In this document: positions 1 to 8,454 of the stretch, piece after piece
How the letters are laid out: the number at the start of each line of letters is the position of its first letter
Numbering within the stretch: the stretch's first letter is position 1
Assembly (NCBI GenBank): GCA_037441475.1
Contig: JBBISB010000001.1
Coordinates: forward strand, 186,418-218,417
Direction of reading: 5' to 3'
Length of the DNA stretch: 32,000 nucleotides
From: Candidatus Iainarchaeum sp.
GTDB taxonomy: Archaea > Iainarchaeota > Iainarchaeia > Iainarchaeales > CSSED10-239
Notes under the pieces: model-generated
Seen by the model: the letters and a program-made list of their open reading frames with translations, nothing else
The model's database searches: none
What the model was told of the DNA's origin: nothing
Made by a program: the position numbers and the translations under genes

Positions 1-2
1 TT

Positions 3-158
3 AAAAAACAAAAAAATGAGGTTAAGTTTTCTGATAAGTGTATAATGTGCACTAAATGTTATAACTTCTGTCCAGTTAATGCCATTAACTATAAGTCTGA
101 AAAAACAAAAGATTATAGAAGATATTTTCTTTTTAGAAAGGATACTATAAAAAAATAA
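3..158 (+). CDS. C-terminal end of a 4Fe-4S ferredoxin-type protein (5' truncated by window edge)
   Basis: Frame 3 is open from the window edge and reads ...EVKFSDKCIMCTKCYNFCPVNAINYKSEKTKDYRRYFLFRKDTIKK*, with a canonical CxxCxxCxxxCP cluster; not in the supplied ORF track. Confidence 0.8.
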   Translation, partial: KKQKNEVKFSDKCIMCTKCYNFCPVNAINYKSEKTKDYRRYFLFRKDTIKK

Positions 159-174
159 AAAGAATGATTTATTA

Positions 175-465
175 ATGAGAAAGATATTGTTAATATTATT
201 ATTACTAATAATGCTACTGCCTTCCTTTACCTTTGCAAGGGCTTTATCCATTGATTCTTACAACATAGATTATACTTTAAACAAAGATGGAATTGTAAAT
301 GTTTCTGAAAAATTACAGTATACCTTAAATGGATGTTACACAGAACTTTACCTTCAAAAACCAACTTCCTTAAAGATATTAAATGCAAGTGGTTTTTGTG
401 AAGATAAAGAGTGTACCTTTAGGCATGACTTAACAAACACACCTAGAAGTAAGTTGTGTTTTTAA
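175..465 (+). pseudogene. Probable N-terminal fragment of a DUF2207-like exported/membrane protein
   Basis: Signal peptide then ALSIDSYNIDYTLNKDGIVNVSEKLQYTLNG, resembling the start of DUF2207 proteins, which are much longer; ends after 96 aa with no obvious continuation. Confidence 0.45.
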
Positions 466-587
466 AAGTTATGTTTAAAGAGAAAAAAGAAGATAAAAGA
501 TAAAAACCTTAGAGTAAAAAAGAAAAACAAAGATTAAAAAGAAAAACAAAGTATTTATAAATCAATTTCATAAATATATTTAGTATT

Positions 588-1262
588 ATGGTAAAGATAG
601 ATAACTATTATAAAGTAGTTGCTTCAACTTTTGGTATTGCATACGTTATTGGTGTAATCATTGCTTTAATCTATGCATATAGAGGAGAACTAGTTGTAGA
701 GACAAGTAAAAGCTTTATTCAAAATCTAACACTTACAAACGCCATATATTTCAAACAAACCTTATATGAAATATTTAACAACTCCTTAGATCTTTTTGTA
801 ACACCATTTGCATACCTTGTTGCAGCTATACAGTATGCATACGTTCATGTAGATCTTTTAACATCCTCCTTTTTAGGACAAATAAAGTTATTGGTTGAAC
901 TAATACCACAGTTTCTTTTCTTTATATCCTATATCATCTTTTCAACCTTAGGTCTTAAAACCATTTTATTAATAGTTAAAACATTTTTAAACAACTTAAT
1001 AATTAAAGAAAATAAATATAAAATAAAACAGAAGTTTTTTACAAAAGAAGATATTAAGCTATTGTATATAGCTTTACTTTCAATAGTTATAGGAACAACA
1101 ATACAAACACACTTGATAAAGGTGTTGTTTATTTTCTTTATAAACTTAAAATCAATTGCTTTTATCTTAATTGGTATTATATATTTGTTAATAGTCCTTC
1201 TTTCAGTATATATAACCTTTAAGATAGTTAGTGAATACTTAAAAACATATAAAAAAGAATAA
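588..1262 (+). CDS. Multi-pass membrane protein, unknown function
   Basis: 224 aa with several hydrophobic segments; 3 nt upstream of the HerA-like ORF, likely co-transcribed. Confidence 0.7.
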   Translation: MVKIDNYYKVVASTFGIAYVIGVIIALIYAYRGELVVETSKSFIQNLTLTNAIYFKQTLYEIFNNSLDLFVTPFAYLVAAIQYAYVHVDLLTSSFLGQIKLLVELIPQFLFFISYIIFSTLGLKTILLIVKTFLNNLIIKENKYKIKQKFFTKEDIKLLYIALLSIVIGTTIQTHLIKVLFIFFINLKSIAFILIGIIYLLIVLLSVYITFKIVSEYLKTYKKE

Positions 1263-1265
1263 AAT

Positions 1266-3788
1266 ATGAGTCTTGACTTTACAGATAACATTGTTGTTGG
1301 AAGAAAACAAAGCGATATTGATAAATACGCAGAAAAAGCAACAGGGTATTTAGGAAAAGTAGTTGTCTCTGGTGGAGATGATCCTGTTTTAGGTAAAAAA
1401 GTATTAATGGATCTTTCAAGATCACATGTTATGATAATCTGTGGTAAGCGTGGTGGAGGAAAGTGCGTAACTGGAGACACTTTAATAGCCTTAGAAGATG
1501 GTAGAGAGATACCTATAAAAGACTTAGAAAAAGAAAAAACAAAAATAATCTCTTTAAATCAAAATCTAAAAATAGAAAAAGGAAAAGTAGAAAAATTTTT
1601 AAAAAGAAAAGTAAATGAAATAATTGAAATTAAGCTTAGAAGTGGAAAAGAAATAAAACTTACACCAGAACACCCTCTTTTAACAGTTGAAGGATGGAAA
1701 GAAGCAAAGGAACTTAAAGTTAAATCAAGAGTAGCAACCCCTAGAAAATTAAATAACATAGGAACAGAAAAAATAGAGATTGAAAAAATAAAAATAATAG
1801 CATACCTTCTTGCAGAAGGGCATCTTTCAAACAAAGTAGTTCTTTTTTGTAATAGTGATGAAAAAATAGTTGATGACTTTAAAAAAGCAGTAAAAGACTT
1901 TGATAAAGAACTTGACTTTACAGAAATTGGAAAATACAACTATAAGGTTATATGGGATAAAGCAAAAAAAGAACATTTTCAAAAAGGGACTTTAAAAGAA
2001 TACCTTAAGAAAATTGGTATGTATGGTAAGCTTGCATACGAAAAAGAAATACCAGAAATGATATTTAAACAAACAAAAGAAAGACTTTCACTTTTCTTAA
2101 ACAGACTATTTAGCTGTGATGGAGGCATATACTTTGAAGAAAAGAACAGGTGTAGGATAAGCTACTCCTCTTCCTCTAAGAAAATGATTTTACAGGTACA
2201 AGGGTTATTATTAAAGCTTGATATACTATCTAAAATAAGAAGAAAAAAGACTCTAAGAAGAGATAACTATGAGCTTGAAATATTAGAACAAGATGTTAAT
2301 AAATATATATCAGATATAGGGTTTATTGGAGACAAAGAAGAAAAGGCAAAAAAGTTTAAACTAAAAATTAAAAATCCAAATATAGATACTGTGCCAAAAG
2401 AAATATGGAAAGACTTTAAGCCTAATAAAAGTTGGAAAGAAATTGGAATTGAGTTCAATTACAAACAACCAAAGGCCTTGAGAAGTTCTATAAACTACTC
2501 TCCTTCAAGAGATAAACTTTTAATAATTGCAAAGAAAGAAAATAACAAATATTTAGAACAACTTGCAACCTCAGATATATTCTGGGATGAAATTAAAGAG
2601 ATTAATGTTGTTAAAAGAAAGGTTGAAGTGTATGATATTAGTGTTTTAAAAAATCATAACTTTGTTGCAAACAACATAATAATACACAACAGTTACACTT
2701 TATCTGTTGTTATGGAAGAATTTGCAAGACAACCCTTTGAAGTTAAAGATAGACTCTCTGTTATTGTTATTGACACTGTTGGCATTTTCTGGACCATGAA
2801 CTACCCTAACAAAGAAGTACCTAAATCTCTTCTTTATAAATGGGATATAAAGGCAGAAGGTATAAACATTAGAAACATGATACCAACAGGAAAGCAAGAG
2901 TTTTATAAAGAAAAAGAAATACCATTTGATGCACCTTTCTCAATAAGGACATCCCAAGTAGACTTAGAAGACTGGCTTGGGTTATTTAGGCTTACATGGA
3001 GAGATCCTGAGTCTGGTCTTCTATCAAGAACAATAGATACTTTAAAACAAAAGTTAGGAACTCTTTATGATATTGATGATATTATTAAGATAGCCTCAAC
3101 AGATACAGATACAACAAAAGAAATAATTGACTCACTTATAAACAGAATGAAGGTTGCAAAGTCCTGGGGACTATTCTCAAAATCAGGAACAACCATGAAG
3201 GAGTTTGCAAAATCAGGAACCATAACAACCATTGATGTTTCAACATATAAGCAAGCTATTGGTATGGAATCTGTTCAAGAACTTATAGTTGGGCTTTTAG
3301 GAAAGAGACTATATGAAGAAAGAATGCTTTATAGAAAAGAAGAAGAAAAAAATCTTTTAGAAGTAAAAAGAAAAACTAGTGAAATGCCAATCATATGGAT
3401 GGTAATAGATGAAGCACACATGTTCATGCCACAGGATAGGCCAAGCATGGCTTTAGATGTTTTATTACAATGGATAAGGGTTGGAAGGCAACCTGGACTT
3501 TCCTTAATCTTAGCAACACAAAGACCAAACAAACTACACTCTGAAACCATCTCACAATGTGATTTATTTTTAAGTATGAGGATGACAGCTCAAGAGGATA
3601 TTCAAGCAGTTTCCTCAATAAGACCAAGCTACCTTAACATACCAATGGATAAATACTATGCACAAATGCCAAAAGAACAAGGGTACGCTATAATGATTGA
3701 TGACAACTCTGAAAAAGTAATACTCTTAAAGATAAGACCAAGAATAACATGGGATGGAGGAAAAACAGCTAATGTTTTTTCTGATTAA
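1266..3788 (+). CDS. HerA/FtsK-like (DUF87) ATPase precursor containing an intein
   Basis: Extein Walker A GKRGGGK/SYT interrupted by the intein; Walker B-like IIWMVIDEAHMFMP; arginine/sensor-type LATQRPNKL. Confidence 0.9.
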   Translation: MSLDFTDNIVVGRKQSDIDKYAEKATGYLGKVVVSGGDDPVLGKKVLMDLSRSHVMIICGKRGGGKCVTGDTLIALEDGREIPIKDLEKEKTKIISLNQNLKIEKGKVEKFLKRKVNEIIEIKLRSGKEIKLTPEHPLLTVEGWKEAKELKVKSRVATPRKLNNIGTEKIEIEKIKIIAYLLAEGHLSNKVVLFCNSDEKIVDDFKKAVKDFDKELDFTEIGKYNYKVIWDKAKKEHFQKGTLKEYLKKIGMYGKLAYEKEIPEMIFKQTKERLSLFLNRLFSCDGGIYFEEKNRCRISYSSSSKKMILQVQGLLLKLDILSKIRRKKTLRRDNYELEILEQDVNKYISDIGFIGDKEEKAKKFKLKIKNPNIDTVPKEIWKDFKPNKSWKEIGIEFNYKQPKALRSSINYSPSRDKLLIIAKKENNKYLEQLATSDIFWDEIKEINVVKRKVEVYDISVLKNHNFVANNIIIHNSYTLSVVMEEFARQPFEVKDRLSVIVIDTVGIFWTMNYPNKEVPKSLLYKWDIKAEGINIRNMIPTGKQEFYKEKEIPFDAPFSIRTSQVDLEDWLGLFRLTWRDPESGLLSRTIDTLKQKLGTLYDIDDIIKIASTDTDTTKEIIDSLINRMKVAKSWGLFSKSGTTMKEFAKSGTITTIDVSTYKQAIGMESVQELIVGLLGKRLYEERMLYRKEEEKNLLEVKRKTSEMPIIWMVIDEAHMFMPQDRPSMALDVLLQWIRVGRQPGLSLILATQRPNKLHSETISQCDLFLSMRMTAQEDIQAVSSIRPSYLNIPMDKYYAQMPKEQGYAIMIDDNSEKVILLKIRPRITWDGGKTANVFSD
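1464..2690 (+). other. Intein (409 aa) with degenerate LAGLIDADG-type homing endonuclease domain
   Basis: Starts C-VTGDTLIALEDGREIPIKDL (Cys1, block A), block B-like LTPEHPLLTVEG, LAGLIDADG-like IIAYLLAEGHL and FLNRLFSCDGG, C-terminal VYDISVLKNHNFVANNIIIHN followed by Ser+1; excision restores GKRGGGKSYT. Confidence 0.93.
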
Positions 3789-5214
3789 AAAACTTAACCT
3801 TAGGTTTTAGTTTCTCTAAAACCTCTTTTTTTAATTTTAAATCTAAAAGCATTTTCTTTTCCTCATGGGAGAGAGAAGTAAACTCTAAAAGCCCATAAAA
3901 GACTGGTCTTTGGAAAAGAACATATTTAAAGAACCTTAAGTCTCTTCTCTCTAAAGAAGCAAGCTTTAAAGAGTAAAGGAAAGCAAACAACCTAAAGCAC
4001 ATTGTAAAAATAAATAAAAAGATTAAGGCTTTAAACTCAGTTCCATAATACTTGGTTGCTAAGTTAATTATTAATGCACCTAAAAGAGTACCTATTAGGA
4101 TTGCTGAAGACTGTATTATTAGGTAAAAAGAACTATGCCCTATTAAATCTCTTTTAATATTTTTATAAAGATAATTAATTAAGGAAAGATTAAAGGCACC
4201 AAAAATAACACCAAAAACAAAAATTGAATAGATCATTAAGGCATAGTTGTTATAAAGGAAAGCTGGAACTACTAAAAAGAAAGGTAAAAACAAACTACTT
4301 ATCTGTAAGACCTTTGAAGGAGAGTACTTATCTGAAACATAACCCCAATAGCTTAAGCCTAAAACAGTTCCTAAAATAAAAGAGATTCTCCACCAGATAT
4401 ACTCAACAGTCGTATACTTTAAGTGCTCTAGAATAAAGTAAGTTACATATGAGGTTGCAAGATGTATACCAATAAAAGAGATTACTACGAAGATTAAAAA
4501 ATGCATGAAAGCCTTGTCTTTGAAAACTGCTTTTTTAAAAAAATGAAAGGTATTTTCAGTTTTCTTTTCATCAACAAGCTTTAAGATATACTCTTTATCC
4601 TCTGTTTGGTTCATTTTGTTTAGGTATCTTGAAGAGATAAGCCTAAAGATTGCTGCAAAAACAAAGATTATTGTAAAACCTAAAAAATCATTCTTGGTTT
4701 TCATAAAATCTAAAAAATAACCAATTATGAAGACTGGGATAATTGATATAAGCTCAATTACTATGTTCTTTCTTGCTATGAAAAAACCCATCTTTGAGGT
4801 TGGAAAAAGCTTTCTTATCCAGTCCATGTAGATTGGGGTAACTATCATTCCTGAACCTACTATTAAGGTGTAGATTAGGATTACAAGCCAGATTGTTATT
4901 TGATTTGTAAAAAAATAATTAGCAAGAGCTAAAGGTATCCATAAAAGAGCTTGAAGAGTTATAAAAGTTACAACAGCATGCTTCTTTGAATCAAATAACT
5001 TTAGTATCCTGTAAGAAATTAAAACTAGAAAGGAAGTTATGAAGAAAGGGAAGGCCTGTACTAAACCTACTTGAAAAGCATTTGCTCCTAAAGAGATTAA
5101 GTAAGGTATTAAGAAGGTTACAGCTATTGAGTTCATTAGAACCCAGAAGATACCGTCCTTTATTGAAAAAGAAAAGTCCTTTTTTATTTGGTTTTCTGAT
5201 CTTCTAAACAGCAT
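3769..5214 (-). CDS. Major facilitator superfamily transporter
   Basis: 481 aa, about 12 hydrophobic segments, MFS-like loops (LFDSKKHAVVTFI; YWGYVSDKYSPSKVL). Confidence 0.8.
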   Translation of the reverse strand: MLFRRSENQIKKDFSFSIKDGIFWVLMNSIAVTFLIPYLISLGANAFQVGLVQAFPFFITSFLVLISYRILKLFDSKKHAVVTFITLQALLWIPLALANYFFTNQITIWLVILIYTLIVGSGMIVTPIYMDWIRKLFPTSKMGFFIARKNIVIELISIIPVFIIGYFLDFMKTKNDFLGFTIIFVFAAIFRLISSRYLNKMNQTEDKEYILKLVDEKKTENTFHFFKKAVFKDKAFMHFLIFVVISFIGIHLATSYVTYFILEHLKYTTVEYIWWRISFILGTVLGLSYWGYVSDKYSPSKVLQISSLFLPFFLVVPAFLYNNYALMIYSIFVFGVIFGAFNLSLINYLYKNIKRDLIGHSSFYLIIQSSAILIGTLLGALIINLATKYYGTEFKALIFLFIFTMCFRLFAFLYSLKLASLERRDLRFFKYVLFQRPVFYGLLEFTSLSHEEKKMLLDLKLKKEVLEKLKPKVKFFNQKKH

Positions 5215-5289
5215 ATTAAAACACTTAAATATTTAACAAATAGTTTTTTTTGTAAAATAGATTTTCTTTTTTAAAAAAAATAAAGAAAG

Positions 5290-5363
5290 TGCTCGAAGGG
5301 GGATTCGAACCCCCGTTATCAGAGTGAGAGTCTGATGTGATTACCGGGCTACACTATTCGAGC
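5290..5363 (-). tRNA. tRNA-Glu(CTC)
   Basis: GCTCGAATAGTGTAGCCCGGTAATCACATCAGACTCTCACTCTGATAACGGGGGTTCGAATCCCCCTTCGAGCA; 7-bp acceptor, anticodon loop CTCTCAC, T-loop TTCGAAT. Confidence 0.93.
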
Positions 5364-5388
5364 TTTTTTTATTTTATTGTGAAAGGTA

Positions 5389-5470
5389 TGCAAGGGACAG
5401 GATTCGAACCTGCGAAGCACTAAGCACACGGTTCTTAGCCGTGCCCCTTTGACCACTCGGGAACCCCTGC
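5389..5470 (-). tRNA. tRNA-Leu(AAG)
   Basis: GCAGGGG...CACGG-CTAAGAA-CCGTG...GCAGG-TTCGAAT-CCTGT...CCCTTGCA; long variable arm, A73, D-arm CCGAGTGGTCAAAGG. Confidence 0.88.
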
Positions 5471-5558
5471 TTTTTTTTATAAAGATTAAAACCTTAAAAA
5501 CAAAAAGTAATATTATGATTACTATATATAATATAGAAACAAAAAGAATATAAACAAA

Positions 5559-6137
5559 TTATTTTTTTGATTTTCTTTGTTTTTTAGGTTTTTTTTCAAT
5601 AACCTCTTCTTCTTCTAAAAAATCCTCTTCTTCTGAAAAGTTTTCATCTTCTTCTGGAAAATCATCCTCTTCTGAATCTAAAGAATCTTCTTCTAGGATA
5701 GGGTTTTCATCCTCTTCTTCTGTGAAATTCTCTTCATCAGGAAACTCCTCTTCTTCATCTAAAAACTCATCTTCTTCTTGATTTTTCTTAACACCAAGAA
5801 TGTTTGTAGAAAAGCTTTGTGTGTTTGAGAAAGATATAAAGTAAACTACTAAAAAGAAAGCACCTAAGACATAGGTTAAAACCTTATAGTAGATGTTAAC
5901 ATCAAACAATAAAAAAACCTTAATAAATAACAAAATTGAAAAGAAAAGTTCAAGCTTTGATAAATATCTATTCTTTTTAAAAAGTTCTAAAAAATTAATC
6001 TTAAAGAAAGCTAAAAAAGCAATTGTTACTAAACCTAAAAGAATGTATTCATTTTCAGTAAAGATAAAAGAAAGTAAGGTAAAGATAAATAAGATATATG
6101 ATGCAAACTTTCTAAATAAAGAAACTATCTTATTCAT
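5559..6137 (-). CDS. Membrane protein with highly acidic C-terminal tail
   Basis: 192 aa, four N-terminal TM segments, then about 85 residues dominated by E/D and ending in KKPKKQRKSKK. Confidence 0.6.
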   Translation of the reverse strand: MNKIVSLFRKFASYILFIFTLLSFIFTENEYILLGLVTIAFLAFFKINFLELFKKNRYLSKLELFFSILLFIKVFLLFDVNIYYKVLTYVLGAFFLVVYFISFSNTQSFSTNILGVKKNQEEDEFLDEEEEFPDEENFTEEEDENPILEEDSLDSEEDDFPEEDENFSEEEDFLEEEEVIEKKPKKQRKSKK

Positions 6138-6164
6138 AATCTATTTTTTACCTTATTTTTATAA

Positions 6165-6785
6165 TTAATGCTTATGTCCGCAACCGCATGAATGAGAGTG
6201 GCCTTCTTCTGAATCATCTTCATCATCTGAGTCGCAATCATCGCATTCACAGTCATCACCGCACTCTCCATCTTCACAACCGCATTTTGAGTGGTCGTGG
6301 TGTTCGTGGTGGTGGGCATGCTCGTGAGCCATTACTTCTGCTTCATAAGCCTTAGCTTCATCTTCTGATAATATCTTAACAAGCTTAATATCAAAAGTTA
6401 AGTCTTCTCCAGCTAAAGGATGATTAATAGTTGCTTTTATCATATCATCTAAGATATCTTCAACATCTATCTTTATAGGACCCATATCTGTAATAAAGTT
6501 ATAGCTTTTACCCTTCTCTAAAGTATCTATATCTTTAAAAGAAGTTTTTGGTATCTCTACAGCCTCTGTGTTTTTAGGACCATAAGCTTCTATAAAAGGT
6601 ATTGTAAAACTTTTATTATTATTTAGATCCATACCAATAACTGAAGCATCAAAACCAGGAATAACCATACCTGCTCCAACCTTAAATCTTAAAGGTTCTC
6701 TTCCTTTTGAAGTATCAAAAACATCACCGTTTTTAAGTTTTCCAGTGTAATCTACTTCAATCCAATCATTTTGTTTAACAGTCAT
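6165..6785 (-). CDS. slyD: FKBP-type peptidyl-prolyl cis-trans isomerase, SlyD-like, with His/Cys-rich metal-binding tail
   Basis: VEVDYTGKLKNGDVFDTSKGREPLRFKVGAGMVIPGFDASVIGM and a C-terminal HEHAHHHEHHDHSKCGCEDGECGDDCECDDCDSDDEDDSEEGHSHSCGCGHKH. Confidence 0.9.
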   Translation of the reverse strand: MTVKQNDWIEVDYTGKLKNGDVFDTSKGREPLRFKVGAGMVIPGFDASVIGMDLNNNKSFTIPFIEAYGPKNTEAVEIPKTSFKDIDTLEKGKSYNFITDMGPIKIDVEDILDDMIKATINHPLAGEDLTFDIKLVKILSEDEAKAYEAEVMAHEHAHHHEHHDHSKCGCEDGECGDDCECDDCDSDDEDDSEEGHSHSCGCGHKH

Positions 6786-6923
6786 AAAATATCAACTTCA
6801 TCTTTGTAAATATTATTATTTCTAAAGGTTTTTAAATAGATTCTGTCCAAGAAAAATAGAATATTTTACCAACAATATAAATTTAAAAACTATTCGTTTA
6901 TATATTATCTATAGGGATTAAAT

Positions 6924-7787
6924 ATGAGTAAAAAAAACATAATTTCAAAGATATCAGAAAGTATTAATAATCATCAAAGAGGATTGGATAGACTAATCTT
7001 TATATTTGGTGGAATCCTTGCCTTATTTATCACATTAATTGTTGTTGATAACTATGAACTCATATCATTTTCAAAAACAATAATAAATGTCTTAAAAACA
7101 TTGGCTGTTATTGTTAGCTCCTATTTCATTGCATCAGTTATTATTAGGTTTACAAGCTCATGGTCAGTTAGGTTTATTAGAGAAGAAGATATTGAAACAA
7201 AGCTTATAATGTCAAAAGTATATAGTTTTATGATATATTTACTGGCAACAGCTTTTGTTCTTTGGAAAATTGGTGTAACTATTCAAAATATTGCATTAAT
7301 TTCAGGACTTATTGCAACTGGTCTTGCCTTTGCCTTAAGAGAAGTTTTACTTTCTTTCTTTGTATGGCTTATACTTTTAGTTAAAAAACCATTCAGGATA
7401 GGGGATAATATTAAGATAGGGGAAGAAGAGGGGGTTGTTAAACATATCGGTATATTTTATGTACATGTAGATAATACCCCTGAAAGTTATGATGATTATG
7501 TTAAAGTTCCAAATAAAATATTTATTGATAAGGCAATATATAATTATGGTAAAAAACCAGTACCTATAAAGATATCAATGAATATTAATGCTGCAACTAA
7601 AGATATTTATAAGAAAATTAAATTACTTACAGAAAAAATGGATTTTGTTGAGATATATAAAAAACCTTATCTTGAAAACCCAAAAGATAACTTTTTATAT
7701 ATTACAACCATTGTTTATTCTGAGTATCATAAGAGAACAGAAAATAGAACAAAGATAACTGAACTGATTATTGAGATTTTTAAATAA
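6924..7787 (+). CDS. Mechanosensitive ion channel, MscS family
   Basis: 287 aa; TM helices followed by GLIATGLAFALREVLLSFFVWLILLVKKPFRIGDNIKIGEEEGVVKHIGIFYV. Confidence 0.92.
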   Translation: MSKKNIISKISESINNHQRGLDRLIFIFGGILALFITLIVVDNYELISFSKTIINVLKTLAVIVSSYFIASVIIRFTSSWSVRFIREEDIETKLIMSKVYSFMIYLLATAFVLWKIGVTIQNIALISGLIATGLAFALREVLLSFFVWLILLVKKPFRIGDNIKIGEEEGVVKHIGIFYVHVDNTPESYDDYVKVPNKIFIDKAIYNYGKKPVPIKISMNINAATKDIYKKIKLLTEKMDFVEIYKKPYLENPKDNFLYITTIVYSEYHKRTENRTKITELIIEIFK

Positions 7788-7804
7788 ATAAAAAAAAGAA
7801 AAAA

Positions 7805-8173
7805 TTACTTATAGGAAAGATATCCTACAAGTATGTATGTTGAACCTAAAGCTAGATGCTGTATCATGCTTTGATAGTTTCCAAATGCTGTTGTAAAAGT
7901 TATTACAAGCATTATGAAAGCTGGTACTAGAACAACATATTTTTTATAAAGACCAGTGAAAAGCATTATTCCTGAACCTATTTCTGCTATAACTAAAACC
8001 CATGCAAGGAAAACTGGTAAGAAAAAACCTGCTCCTGTAAGCATATTTATAACACCATCTATTCCTCTTATGAATAGTTTGTTAATACCTGCATAAAGCA
8101 TTAAAGCAGCTAAAAGATAAGTGCTTATCCTTATTAGGTAAAAGTTTGTTTGTTGTTGTTTTGTTAAACTCAT
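7805..8173 (-). CDS. DoxX-family membrane protein
   Basis: 122 aa, four TM; RISTYLLAALMLYAGINKLF...FFLPVFLAWVLVIAEIGSGIMLFTGL. Confidence 0.75.
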   Translation of the reverse strand: MSLTKQQQTNFYLIRISTYLLAALMLYAGINKLFIRGIDGVINMLTGAGFFLPVFLAWVLVIAEIGSGIMLFTGLYKKYVVLVPAFIMLVITFTTAFGNYQSMIQHLALGSTYILVGYLSYK

Positions 8174-8454
8174 AAATTTTCAAACCCTTTTTTTTAAAAA
8201 GTTTTAATGTATATATATTTATAAAAAGTAAAGTTTATAAATAAATTGTATATCATATATGCTTTTTGTTTTTAAAAAAGAAAGAAAAGGAAATAACCTT
8301 ACTAAAAAATAGGCTTTATATTTGTTTTAGGTCATAAGTTACTTAGTTAACCATTATCATAAAATTACAGTTAAAAAAGAATAATGGGTGTAAAACATTA
8401 ATAATTATGGTATATTTTAAAAAAAACAATTACTTAAGAAGGTGAAAAAAAACT

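Noticed and set aside
929-1480. Track ORF - 183 aa and other antisense ORFs (1559-1939, 2267-2458, 2700-2897, 3329-3627, 9285-9524, 13373-13621, 15042-15242, 16770-16991, 23299-23520, 24975-25610, 26432-27077, 28224-28448, 28862-29155, 29563-30680, 31668-31856)
   Set aside because: They lie opposite well-supported genes, have low-complexity or Ser/Phe/Leu-rich composition typical of antisense frames in AT-rich DNA, and contain no recognisable motifs.
1266-3788. HerA-like ATPase as part of a HerA-nuclease defence system (e.g. HerA-DUF4297/SIR2-like)
   Set aside because: Neighbours are a ferredoxin, a truncated DUF2207-like ORF, a small membrane protein and a convergent MFS transporter; no nuclease or SIR2-type partner and no NurA are visible in the window.
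5893-6319. Track ORFs 5893..6168 (+) and 6134..6319 (+)
   Set aside because: Both are antisense to the acidic-tail membrane protein or the SlyD-like tail. The Thr/Met-rich translation (MPTTTNTTTTQNAV...) is the complement of the His/Cys-rich codons.
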